This document shows, piece by piece, positions 7,878 through 16,691 of a DNA stretch of 18,653 bases. The notes under the pieces are model-generated. The model had not been told where the DNA came from, ran no database searches, and saw only the letters and a list, made by a program, of their open reading frames with translations. How positions within the stretch are numbered: position 1 is the first letter of the stretch; each line of letters opens with the position of its first letter. This stretch comes from Candidatus Iainarchaeum sp. (GTDB taxonomy: Archaea; Iainarchaeota; Iainarchaeia; Iainarchaeales; JAFCCJ01): contig JBDRHK010000097.1 of the NCBI GenBank assembly GCA_043816965.1, forward strand, positions 1 through 18,653, in the 5' to 3' direction. A program made the translations under genes and the position numbers.

Positions 7878-7914
7878 ATTAGTATTTAATTTCGTAACTG
7901 ATTAAAAGATATAG
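7878..7914. promoter_or_regulatory. 37-bp bidirectional promoter region
   Basis: TATTTAAT (+, 7883-7890) is 25-32 nt before ATG 7915. CTTTTAAT (-, 7901-7908) is 24-31 nt before GTG 7877. Confidence 0.55.
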
Positions 7915-8952
7915 ATGGCCGGGGAAACCAAAATAAGGCAGTACAAGAAAGGGGATGAAGTCAGGATTAAAGAGCTTATTAAAAGCAGCTCAAGGCCGGT
8001 TACAATTCAGGAATGGAACTGGAGGTTTCTGGAGAACCCTTTTGGAGAGCCTATTATTCTTATTGCTGAAAGTCCGGATGGCGAATTGGTCGGGCATATA
8101 GGCGCATTCCCTATGGAATTGAAAATTGGGGAGACTATTGTCAAAGCATATCAGGCAATTGATTTTGTTGTATCGGAGGAATTTCGGGAAAAGGGCATTT
8201 TCACAAGGCTGTTCAGAAAAGGGCTTGAAATAGTCAGAAGAGAAAAGCTGCCCTCTTTTGGTTTTACCAATAGGGAGGCAATGAATGCGATTGGGAAAAA
8301 AACAAATCTCAGAAGTGTTCTTGGCATGCAGCAGTATGTCAAGCTGTTTAACTCTGTGCCTTTGTTAAAGCTGCTGGGAATTGAGCAGACTCCAAAATTC
8401 TTGAAAAAATCATTGGATGCCGTTGTGCAGATATTTTTTGGCGGTAAAGTTTCAACCAAGCCTCAAAAACTCAAATTTGAAAAAATAAAAGTGTTTGGGG
8501 CTGAGTTTGACCGGATTGCAGGGAAGATCGATGCAAATTACAATATGGCGGTTAAGAGAAGTTCGAAATACCTGAACTGGAGATTTGTGGGAAAACCGAA
8601 TAATAATTATGAGCTGTTTGCCATCAAAAAGGACAGGGTTTTGTTAGGATATGTGGTGCTGAAGCTTGGCAAAACCAGCGGGCAAATTGTTGACTTGTTT
8701 TTTAAGGAAGATGAATCTGTTCTTTTGGAAACTTTGGGTTTTTGTGAGGAATTCTTGAGGGGAAAGGGTAAAAGTTCAATTTCATTCGGGATTTATTGCA
8801 AGTGGGTTGAGGAAAGATTATTTGGGGCAAGGTATGTGAAAAATATTTTATCTGTGAAGCCCAGATTCTTTATTGATGATATACGTGCGCAAAGATTGGG
8901 TAAAAAATTAGGCCGGGCTTATTTAACAATAGGTGACACTGATTGGGCGTAG
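7915..8952 (+). CDS. Two-domain GNAT-family N-acyltransferase
   Basis: KIRQYKKGDE, WNWRFLENP, acyl-CoA-binding motif A DFVVSEEFREKGIFTRL, GFTN; second half RSSKYLNWRF..KP. This architecture is typical of GNATs in polysaccharide loci. Confidence 0.82.
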   Translation: MAGETKIRQYKKGDEVRIKELIKSSSRPVTIQEWNWRFLENPFGEPIILIAESPDGELVGHIGAFPMELKIGETIVKAYQAIDFVVSEEFREKGIFTRLFRKGLEIVRREKLPSFGFTNREAMNAIGKKTNLRSVLGMQQYVKLFNSVPLLKLLGIEQTPKFLKKSLDAVVQIFFGGKVSTKPQKLKFEKIKVFGAEFDRIAGKIDANYNMAVKRSSKYLNWRFVGKPNNNYELFAIKKDRVLLGYVVLKLGKTSGQIVDLFFKEDESVLLETLGFCEEFLRGKGKSSISFGIYCKWVEERLFGARYVKNILSVKPRFFIDDIRAQRLGKKLGRAYLTIGDTDWA

Positions 8953-8960
8953 GTGTTTGA

Positions 8961-10178
8961 TTGAGCGAAACAAAAAGGATTGCAAAAAACGGCCTCGTGC
9001 TTTTCATCGCTAACGGCTTTTCAAGGGCAGTTTCCATTGTCCTGGTAATTTACTTCATCCACCTTGTTGGTGCAACAGTCTTTGGGACCTACAGCTTTGC
9101 ACAGGCATTTGTTTCTGTCTTTGTTGCCTTTACCGCTCTTGGCCTGAACAACCTAACCATAAGGGAGGTCGCAAAAGATTACCGCCAGGCGGGAAAATAT
9201 CTGGGGAATTTATTTCCCCTAAAGGCGGCAATATCGACGGTTATTCTGATTTTGATTCTTTATTCTGCATTACTTCTAAAGCTTCCTTTTGAAACAATTG
9301 TTGTTATTATCCTGCTTGCCCTTGCAGGGATTGTCAACGCACTTGCAGACATATTCAGGGCACTTTTCCGGGCCTTTGAGGAATTTGCCATTGAATCAGT
9401 TGCAGGCATCTCCTCAAGCCTGGTTGGTTTTGCGGCCGGAATTATTTTATTATATTATGGGTTTGGGATAACTGGCTTGGTCTTTGCCCTGCTTCTCGCA
9501 TCTGTAACAGATTTTATCCTGCAAATGGCATTTCTCGGAAAGATTAGGGCGGAAATTAAAATTGAATTTGATTTCAGCTTCTGGAAGAGTACCCTGAAAT
9601 CTGCGGTGCCTTTTGGCATGGTTATTTTAATGTTTGCGGTTTATTTTTCGGTTGATGTTTTCATTTTAAAATTTCTGCGTGGGGAAGAGCTCCTTGGATT
9701 CTACACCATAGCATACAACATGGTGCTTGCAATTTCAATTCTTCCTCAGGCTTTTGCAACCTCGACTTTCCCTTTCTTTTCCCGCAATCAGGAAGGGGAT
9801 GCGGAAAAAAACGAAAGAATTCTTTCAAAAAGTTTGCTATTGTCTGTTTTGGCCGGACTTGTGTTCGCCCTGGTTCTTTTTATTTTTGCGCAGGATATTG
9901 TGGTTCTTTTGTTCGGGACTGGATTCGGGGAAACAATATCTGTGCTTCAGATTATCTGCTGGGGCCTTGTCCTGCTTTTCCCGGGAATAATCCTTATAGG
10001 CTATATGAGCGCAACCGGCAGAAATAATGTCCTTGCTATTTTGCTCCTTGCGGTTACGGCGATAAACACTGCCCTTGACTTGTTGCTTATTGGCGATTTT
10101 GGGCTTTTGGGCGTGGCATCGGCAACCGTTTTCAGCCAAATCATTTTATTCATTTTACTATTGTATTTTAAGAGGTGA
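8961..10178 (+). CDS. Wzx/MOP-superfamily oligosaccharide flippase
   Basis: RIAKN, FGTYSFAQAF..F..LGL...IREVA, D.FIL..LRG...LGFY..AY, FPFFSR, NTALDLLLI..FGLLG.A.ATV; highly hydrophobic. TTG start with AGGTG upstream. Confidence 0.9.
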   Translation: MSETKRIAKNGLVLFIANGFSRAVSIVLVIYFIHLVGATVFGTYSFAQAFVSVFVAFTALGLNNLTIREVAKDYRQAGKYLGNLFPLKAAISTVILILILYSALLLKLPFETIVVIILLALAGIVNALADIFRALFRAFEEFAIESVAGISSSLVGFAAGIILLYYGFGITGLVFALLLASVTDFILQMAFLGKIRAEIKIEFDFSFWKSTLKSAVPFGMVILMFAVYFSVDVFILKFLRGEELLGFYTIAYNMVLAISILPQAFATSTFPFFSRNQEGDAEKNERILSKSLLLSVLAGLVFALVLFIFAQDIVVLLFGTGFGETISVLQIICWGLVLLFPGIILIGYMSATGRNNVLAILLLAVTAINTALDLLLIGDFGLLGVASATVFSQIILFILLLYFKR

Positions 10179-10183
10179 ATTGG

Positions 10184-10975
10184 TTGTGTGATTTTTGTGT
10201 TGAGCATGGGGAAGGTAAAAAATGGTACCTTAATGCCCACAATTATAGCAAGGAGCTCGCAAGAAAGAAAAAGCTTGAGAACTATGATTCCCTCCATCTT
10301 TTTATGGACCAAAAGCTGGGGGAAATCGGCCTGAAGTTCATGCTTACAAGGCCCATCTTAAGGCACTATGCAAATGATTTCTACACCAAGCACCATTCAG
10401 GGCAGATAATTCCTCTTGACGATGCATTGGAAATATTGGACATAGCCGGTGACTTTCGGCTGTTTGATTGCCCCTGTGAAAAATTAATTGACGGGGTAAG
10501 CAGCAAAAAATGCCTTATGCTTGGCCCCAAATCCGACAGGATGAATAGCCTTAGCAAAGAGAAGTCAGAGATTCTTGACAGGGAGGATATTGAAAATTAT
10601 CTTAGAGGATTCAATGAGAAGGGATTGGTGCATTCTGTATGGACTTATGGGGTCCCATATATCGGGTGCATCTGCTCCTGTGACAGCGAACGGTGCTTGG
10701 CGGTTATAGGCAGGAATAAGTTTGAAAAATATGGTGTCAATACAACAATCAAAAAATCAGAATACCTTGCGTCGGTCGATGAAAAAAGGTGCATTGGCTG
10801 CGGGTTTTGTGTGGAGAAATGTGCCTTTGGGGCGATAGAAATAAATCAGGGCGGAAAGGCCGAAATCAATATGGAAAAATGTTATGGCTGCCTGAACTGC
10901 GTTTCTGCATGCAACCGAAAGGCAATTTCTCACAAATCAAGGGAAGATGTTCCTGATTTTGAGGGAAAATGGTAA
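10184..10975 (+). CDS. Multi-cluster Fe-S protein with C-terminal 2x[4Fe-4S] ferredoxin domain
   Basis: CIGCGFCVEKC and CYGCLNCVSAC motifs, plus extra Cys groups (N-terminal CDFCVEH, CPC..C, CICSCDSERC). Start moved to TTG 10184, 5 nt after GAGGTGA (10172-10178). Confidence 0.82.
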   Translation: MCDFCVEHGEGKKWYLNAHNYSKELARKKKLENYDSLHLFMDQKLGEIGLKFMLTRPILRHYANDFYTKHHSGQIIPLDDALEILDIAGDFRLFDCPCEKLIDGVSSKKCLMLGPKSDRMNSLSKEKSEILDREDIENYLRGFNEKGLVHSVWTYGVPYIGCICSCDSERCLAVIGRNKFEKYGVNTTIKKSEYLASVDEKRCIGCGFCVEKCAFGAIEINQGGKAEINMEKCYGCLNCVSACNRKAISHKSREDVPDFEGKW

Positions 10976-10977
10976 AA

Positions 10978-12465
10978 TCATATTTTGGCTGAGTTTTTTA
11001 TTTTTCGCATTGCGCTGAAAAAATTAATTTCAAGTCTGGGGCTTATTGAGAAAAGAATTTTCGAGATATGGTAAGTGGAAAGGGAAAGGGAAAACTGCAA
11101 AATTCCTTGGCTGTTTTTTATGTTGTGTGAAACGATAAAATCGACTGTCTTCCCATACTCATTCTTCGCCTCTTCAGGATAGGTAAAAAATATATCGAGA
11201 AGAATCGGGGGATAGTGGTAGAAATTTTTTTGGAAGACAGGGATTTCCTCTGATTCTACAAAATATTTTTTTTCTTCCGAGTTCCACCATCCATCAAATC
11301 TGTTCTTACTCCTGTATTCCTCAAAAAGTTTGGAGCCGGGAAAGGGGGTAAGGACATATGAGGGGGTGAAATTGCTTACATATGGGGAAATCTCACTCAT
11401 AAACTCCCTTGTTTTTTTGATATCCTTGGCATTCTCCCAGGGGAAGCCGAGGATGAAGTTTGCATTTGCAGCAATCCCTGCGTTTTTTGTCAGAATTAGG
11501 GCATCCCTCGTCTGCTGAAGGGAAATCCCTTTCCGGATTTTTTCAAGTGTTTTTGGGTTTCCGCTCTCAAGGCCATAGGTTATTGAACCGCATCCCGCAT
11601 TCTTCATTTTTTTAAGGAGTTCGAAATCAACTTTATCAACCCTTGTTGCGCAGTGCCATTTAATTTTGAGATTTTTATTAAGAATTAATTTGCAAAGTTC
11701 CATCACTCTTTCCCTATTGAAGCTGAATGAGTCATCGGTGAAGTAAAATATTTCAGTGCCATAGCGTTTCCTGTATTCTTCAATCTCTTTCATGACTTTT
11801 CCTGCAGACATGAACCTGAATCTTTTCCCCTGGACTAGGGAGGTTGCGCAGAAAATGCAGTTGTATGGGCAGCCTCTGCTTGAGTTGATTACTGCAAAAT
11901 TGGAACTCGCTCTTTTTGATTTTGCATAATCTTTTTCATTGAAGAGGTCTATTGCAGGAAATGGGAGGCTGTCGAGGTTTTCTATTGGCGGCCTTGCGGA
12001 ATTGCCAATGACTTTTTTCCCTTTCCTGAAGCTGATTCCCAAAATATTTTCCAGTTTTTTTTCGCCTCTTGCGAAATCAATAAGCTCTGCAAATGTCTCT
12101 TCCCCCTCACCCCTTACAACAACATCAAATCCTCTTTCCAGGGATTCCTGGGGAAGGATTGTTGGGTGCGGTCCGCCCGCTATCTTCAGTGCAGGTGAAT
12201 CTGCCAATAAATTAATCATCTTAAGTGCCTGGCTTGCATAGAGGGTGTTTACCGAAACACAGACAATGTCAGGCCTGAATGAGTCCACGGAATTCAATAT
12301 ATCCTTATCAGAGTATTCCGCATATCTTGCTGAGAGGTCGATTGTTTTTATTTCGCAGTTTTTTTCCCTTGCAACTGCGGCAAGATAGGCAAGGCCCAGA
12401 GGAGGGGAAAAATGTCCGGAGTTTTCCTTCGGGTGAATGAAAAAAACTTTTGTTTTGCCTGGCAT
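10978..12465 (-). CDS. Cobalamin-binding radical SAM enzyme (class B methyltransferase-like)
   Basis: N-terminal B12 domain (PPLGLAYLAA, GGPHPT, VVRGEGE), SRGCPYNCIFC CxxxCxxC, GLESG, FILGFPWE, TPFPGS. Start likely ATG 12465 (AGGGA upstream) rather than track 12498. Confidence 0.92.
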   Translation of the reverse strand: MPGKTKVFFIHPKENSGHFSPPLGLAYLAAVAREKNCEIKTIDLSARYAEYSDKDILNSVDSFRPDIVCVSVNTLYASQALKMINLLADSPALKIAGGPHPTILPQESLERGFDVVVRGEGEETFAELIDFARGEKKLENILGISFRKGKKVIGNSARPPIENLDSLPFPAIDLFNEKDYAKSKRASSNFAVINSSRGCPYNCIFCATSLVQGKRFRFMSAGKVMKEIEEYRKRYGTEIFYFTDDSFSFNRERVMELCKLILNKNLKIKWHCATRVDKVDFELLKKMKNAGCGSITYGLESGNPKTLEKIRKGISLQQTRDALILTKNAGIAANANFILGFPWENAKDIKKTREFMSEISPYVSNFTPSYVLTPFPGSKLFEEYRSKNRFDGWWNSEEKKYFVESEEIPVFQKNFYHYPPILLDIFFTYPEEAKNEYGKTVDFIVSHNIKNSQGILQFSLSLSTYHISKILFSISPRLEINFFSAMRKIKNSAKI

Positions 12466-12473
12466 AAAAATCC

Positions 12474-13592
12474 CTATGGTTTGAATTTCCTTACGCAATC
12501 CATTACTCGTCCCATATCCCCATCAGTTAAGTCAGGAAAGAGCGGGAGAGTAAGCAGTCTTTTCCACACGCTGCCGGCAACCGGTGTTGAGCCTGCAATG
12601 CCCATTTTTTTGTAGAGAGAATGCAGGTAAATCGGTTTGTAATGCACAGAGCTTGAAATGCCGTTTTCAGCGAGATGTGCAATCAATCTGTCACGGGTTT
12701 TTTCATCATTCATTTTAATGACATAATTGTGGTTCGAACTTTTAACATAACTTCTTTTAGCAGGAATCTCAAGCCAGTTCAATTTGGAGAAGGAATCATT
12801 GTACTGTTTGGTTATTTCCCTGCGTTTTTTGTTGGCAACATCCAGCTTTTTCAGCTGAATCAGACCTATTGCCGCAGCCAAATCATTCATATGGTATTTG
12901 AATCCCAACTCAGTAACATCATAATGCCATTTGTAATTTTGATTGTCCCTGGAGAAGGTATCCTTGTCAATTCCAAGCCAGCTTAGCAATTGCAGCCTTT
13001 CTGCAATCTCCTTGTTGTTTGTGGTTATCATGCCCCCATCACCTGTTGATAGGTTTTTAACCCCGTGGAAACTGAAACATCCGATTTCGCCCAAATTTCC
13101 CGCCATCATTCCCCTGTATTCTGCACCACATGCATGGGCGGCATCTTCTATAACAAATAATTCATTCTCCTTTGCGATTTCATTCAATTCATCCATCTCA
13201 CAGGGGTGGCCGCCATAATGCACAGGAATAATTGCCTTTGTTTTTTCCGACATTTTTTTTCTTATATCATCAGGGCTGATGTTCAAAGTATCTGGTTGAA
13301 TATCGGCAAAAACCGGGGTTGAATTATTGTAAAGAATTGAGTGGATTGTTGAAACAAATGTAAGGGGCGTGGAAATTACCTCGCCCTTATCAACATCCAG
13401 TACTTTCAATGCGAGATGCAATGCCGCGGTTCCTGAATTGGTTGCAACAGCATATTTTGTTCCGATAAATTCCGCAAATTTATTCTCAAATTCCTTAACC
13501 CTTGGGCCACAAATAACATAACCGCTCTCAATTACTTTTCTCACGGCATTAGCCTCTTCTTCCCCCATGGATGGCCTGAAAACAGGAATCAT
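12474..13592 (-). CDS. DegT/DnrJ/EryC1/StrS-family PLP-dependent sugar aminotransferase
   Basis: NSGTAALHLAL, TFVST, PVHYGG, IEDAAHA, PLP-lysine motif SFHGVKNLSTGDGG, LGFKYHM, LTLPLFP. Confidence 0.94.
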   Translation of the reverse strand: MIPVFRPSMGEEEANAVRKVIESGYVICGPRVKEFENKFAEFIGTKYAVATNSGTAALHLALKVLDVDKGEVISTPLTFVSTIHSILYNNSTPVFADIQPDTLNISPDDIRKKMSEKTKAIIPVHYGGHPCEMDELNEIAKENELFVIEDAAHACGAEYRGMMAGNLGEIGCFSFHGVKNLSTGDGGMITTNNKEIAERLQLLSWLGIDKDTFSRDNQNYKWHYDVTELGFKYHMNDLAAAIGLIQLKKLDVANKKRREITKQYNDSFSKLNWLEIPAKRSYVKSSNHNYVIKMNDEKTRDRLIAHLAENGISSSVHYKPIYLHSLYKKMGIAGSTPVAGSVWKRLLTLPLFPDLTDGDMGRVMDCVRKFKP

Positions 13593-13596
13593 ACAA

Positions 13597-14535
13597 TCAC
13601 TTCAATAAAAATTGATTTGAAATTATTTTAAGCAGTTCAGTGTCACTAATCTTCCTACTTTCCTGTATTATTTCCCTTTTTTTGAGGATTTTCGGCAAAT
13701 CCTTCATTGCATCAAATTTGGCCTTTGCCACGCTGAAATTTCCCTTAAGTGTGTTTAATGCAAGAATGCCAAATTGGAGGGGAACAATCCAAACCAAATT
13801 TCTCAGGAGAATTCCGCGCGGGAAATTTTTTGTAATAAACCAGATTATGTTTCTTTCAACCAGGTATTTTTTGAAATTGTCCTTTTTGTTGACTGTTACA
13901 GAGCCCTTGTGGAAAACGACTGCCTCTTTTGCGAGGGATACATTCCAGCCCCTGAGCAATGCCCTTATGCTTATGTCTGCATCCTCAAAATAAATGAAGA
14001 AATCATTGTCATAAATCCCCTCTTTTTGCCTTATATCCTCAAGCATTTCCCTGCGATAGAGACATGCACAGTCATCAACGCCGAACAGTTTTCCATCGCC
14101 CTTAAGCTCGAGTGGGTAGCCGGATTTAATGAGTTTCAGGCCGATTGTGTCTATTTCGTTTGAGCCTGTGCGCAGGATTTTGCTTCCCACCAGCCCAATT
14201 TTTTTATTCTTTTCAACTTTTTTCACTAATTCTTCCAGCCAATTTCTGTCTGCAACAGCATCATTGTTCAACATTGCTACATAACTTCCCATGCTTTTTT
14301 CAATCCCAATATTGTTTGCAGCAGCAAATCCCTCATTAGTTTTATTTCTTATTATTTTAACTCCTGGAAATTTATTTTTCACAAGTGCAATTGAATTATC
14401 TTTTGAGGCATTATCTACAAGAATAATTTCTGTTTTTTTGTGGGTCTGGTTGGAAAGGGAGGAAAGGCATTCCTCCAAAAGGTTTTCCCCGTTGTAATTC
14501 ACAACAATCACTGAAATTAATTTTTCTCTTTTCAT
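13597..14535 (-). CDS. Family 2 glycosyltransferase (WbbL/rhamnosyltransferase-like subgroup)
   Basis: ISVIVVNYNG, LVDNASKD, NEGFAAANNIG, LNNDA, FFIYFEDADIS.R, VFH. Start likely ATG 14535. Confidence 0.92.
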   Translation of the reverse strand: MKREKLISVIVVNYNGENLLEECLSSLSNQTHKKTEIILVDNASKDNSIALVKNKFPGVKIIRNKTNEGFAAANNIGIEKSMGSYVAMLNNDAVADRNWLEELVKKVEKNKKIGLVGSKILRTGSNEIDTIGLKLIKSGYPLELKGDGKLFGVDDCACLYRREMLEDIRQKEGIYDNDFFIYFEDADISIRALLRGWNVSLAKEAVVFHKGSVTVNKKDNFKKYLVERNIIWFITKNFPRGILLRNLVWIVPLQFGILALNTLKGNFSVAKAKFDAMKDLPKILKKREIIQESRKISDTELLKIISNQFLLK

Positions 14536-14540
14536 ACAAA

Positions 14541-15662
14541 TCATTTTCCTTTCAGTTCATTTTCATACATTTCATTTATCTCGTTCGCGGCATTGGCCCA
14601 TGAAAAATTCTCCGCAGACTTTAGCGCATTCTTTCCCATTTCACTTCTTAACAAATTATTTTTCAGGAGTTTTTTTATTGTGGCTGCAAGTTTCTCCGAA
14701 TTTTTTTCCTCCACAAGCAGGCCGTTTTTTTTATCGTCAACTATGTAGGGGATTCCGCCTGATTTTGTCGCAACAACCGGCTTTCCGCAGGCAAATGCCT
14801 CCGGGATTACAAAGGGCATGAGCTCTGCATCCGCATAGGAGGGAAGGACAAGGAAAAATGATTCATTATATGCCTTTGCAAGTTCCTTTTCCCCTAAAAA
14901 ACCCTTGAATTCCACTGTGCCATTCAAACCCAAACTTTGGGAATAATTTTTGTAATGGTTAAAGAGGTTTCCTTCCCCTGCAACCAAAAGTTTTGTTTCC
15001 GGGAATTCATCTTTAACCAGTTTCATTGCCTCCAGAAGGTAGTTGAAGCCCTTCCATTGCTGCGATTTCGAGAGGGCGCCTACAAAAAGCAAATGCCTCT
15101 CGCAGGAATTGGTTTTCCTGAACATTTTCCGATCAAGGCCTGGGGAGAAGAAGAAAAGTTTTTTCCTGAAACCAGATAAAAATCCTGAATTTTCAAGCCC
15201 CTTGTTGTAAACTACAATCTTTCTTGCCAGGTTTAATGTAATTCCCTTTAGGGAATTCTCATAGATAGAGGAAAGCAAATTTTTTCTTTTATCTATCCTG
15301 CGGAAGGTGAATGTGTTGTAACTGAGGAAGAAGGGGATTTTGTTTTTTCTTGCTGCAAGGGCGGCAATGTCTGCGTAAAACGGAACTGGTGTAAAAGCCT
15401 GCACAAGGTCAAAGTCTTTTTTCAGGAGCCGGTCTAAGGTAAAAAATAAATTGAATTTAATCGGGGTGTTGGAAATAAGGAAATCAGGTTTTGTTGTAAT
15501 TAATTCAAACCCGTCCTGCATTGTTGTTGTGTTCTCATTTCCTGAGACAACTACAGTAACATTATGGCCTTTTCGGGAGAATTCCTTTGCAAGGTTTAGA
15601 ACTATTCTCCCCACACCGCCCCCGTCAGGATATATGTAGGGGCTTACAAACAAAAGTCTCAT
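14541..15662 (-). CDS. Family 4 glycosyltransferase (GT-B), copy 1
   Basis: YIYPDGGGV, LLFVG.L....WKG, PS..AELMPFVIPEAFACGKPVVAT..GGIP, NGLLV; Ex7E retained. Confidence 0.92.
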   Translation of the reverse strand: MRLLFVSPYIYPDGGGVGRIVLNLAKEFSRKGHNVTVVVSGNENTTTMQDGFELITTKPDFLISNTPIKFNLFFTLDRLLKKDFDLVQAFTPVPFYADIAALAARKNKIPFFLSYNTFTFRRIDKRKNLLSSIYENSLKGITLNLARKIVVYNKGLENSGFLSGFRKKLFFFSPGLDRKMFRKTNSCERHLLFVGALSKSQQWKGFNYLLEAMKLVKDEFPETKLLVAGEGNLFNHYKNYSQSLGLNGTVEFKGFLGEKELAKAYNESFFLVLPSYADAELMPFVIPEAFACGKPVVATKSGGIPYIVDDKKNGLLVEEKNSEKLAATIKKLLKNNLLRSEMGKNALKSAENFSWANAANEINEMYENELKGK

Positions 15663-15738
15663 ATTACCTGCCTTCTAATTTATAGAAACGGCAAAAGCTT
15701 TTTCTAATCGTCATATTTCATTTTATAGGGGATAATTT

Positions 15739-16686
15739 ATGAAAGCTGAAATAAGGGCTATAGGGACATATGCGCCAGAAAGGGTGCTTTTGAATGAGGA
15801 ACTTATCGGGATTAAGGGAATAAACACTTCAGATGAGTTCATAAGGGAGAAGTTTGGGGTCAGGGAGAGAAGGGTTGCGGAGAATGAGAATACCTCTGAT
15901 TTGGGTGTGAAATCTGTTGAAATTGCGCTTAAAAAAGCAAATATGAAAAAAGAGGATTTGGATGCAATAGTTGTTGCAACAATGACTCCGGATTTACAGT
16001 GCCCTTCCACTGCTTGCATAATTCAGGAAAAACTCGGGCTAAAGGGGATTCCCGCCTTTGACCTCAGTGCCTTTTGCTCAGGATATGTATATGGTTTGGA
16101 TACAGTAGCAAGGATGTTAGATAACAGGATGAAAGGGGATTCCTACAAAAATATTGCATTTGTGACAGCTGAAAAAATGTCTGGGATTTTGGATTATTCT
16201 GACAGAACTGTTTCCCCCATTTTTGGGGATATTGGCTGCACCACAATTGTGTCAAAGAGTGAAAAGGATAAGGTGATTTCCTCCTACCTTTACGCAGACG
16301 GTTCTGGGAAAGATGCGCTAATTATTCCTGAGGGGGGGAGATATTTGAAAATGGAGGGCAAGGATGTTTATGATTTTGCAACCGAGCTTTTCCCAAAACT
16401 TGTTAAGGAAACTTTAAGAAAGGCAGAAATGCACCTGGATGATGTGGACTGGATATTTCCGCATCAGGCAAATGTGAACATAATCAAAAAAGGTTTGGAG
16501 GCCCTGGGTCTGGGGATGGAGAAAACTTTCTTGAACATGGATAAGTATGGGAATACTGCTGCTGCATCAATTCCGCTTGCAATTGGTGAGGGGATTGAAA
16601 AGGGAAAGGTAAAACGCGGGGACATCCTGCTTTGCGTCGGTTTTGGTGCAGGCTGGACTGGTGGGGGAATTGTTTTAGAATTCTGA
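15739..16686 (+). CDS. fabH: 3-oxoacyl synthase III (FabH/KAS III family), copy 2
   Basis: NTSDEFI...GVRERR, catalytic Cys (SAFCSGY), His (PHQAN), Asn (YGNTAAAS), FGD, GFGAGWT. Confidence 0.9.
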   Translation: MKAEIRAIGTYAPERVLLNEELIGIKGINTSDEFIREKFGVRERRVAENENTSDLGVKSVEIALKKANMKKEDLDAIVVATMTPDLQCPSTACIIQEKLGLKGIPAFDLSAFCSGYVYGLDTVARMLDNRMKGDSYKNIAFVTAEKMSGILDYSDRTVSPIFGDIGCTTIVSKSEKDKVISSYLYADGSGKDALIIPEGGRYLKMEGKDVYDFATELFPKLVKETLRKAEMHLDDVDWIFPHQANVNIIKKGLEALGLGMEKTFLNMDKYGNTAAASIPLAIGEGIEKGKVKRGDILLCVGFGAGWTGGGIVLEF

Positions 16687-16691
16687 GTGGG

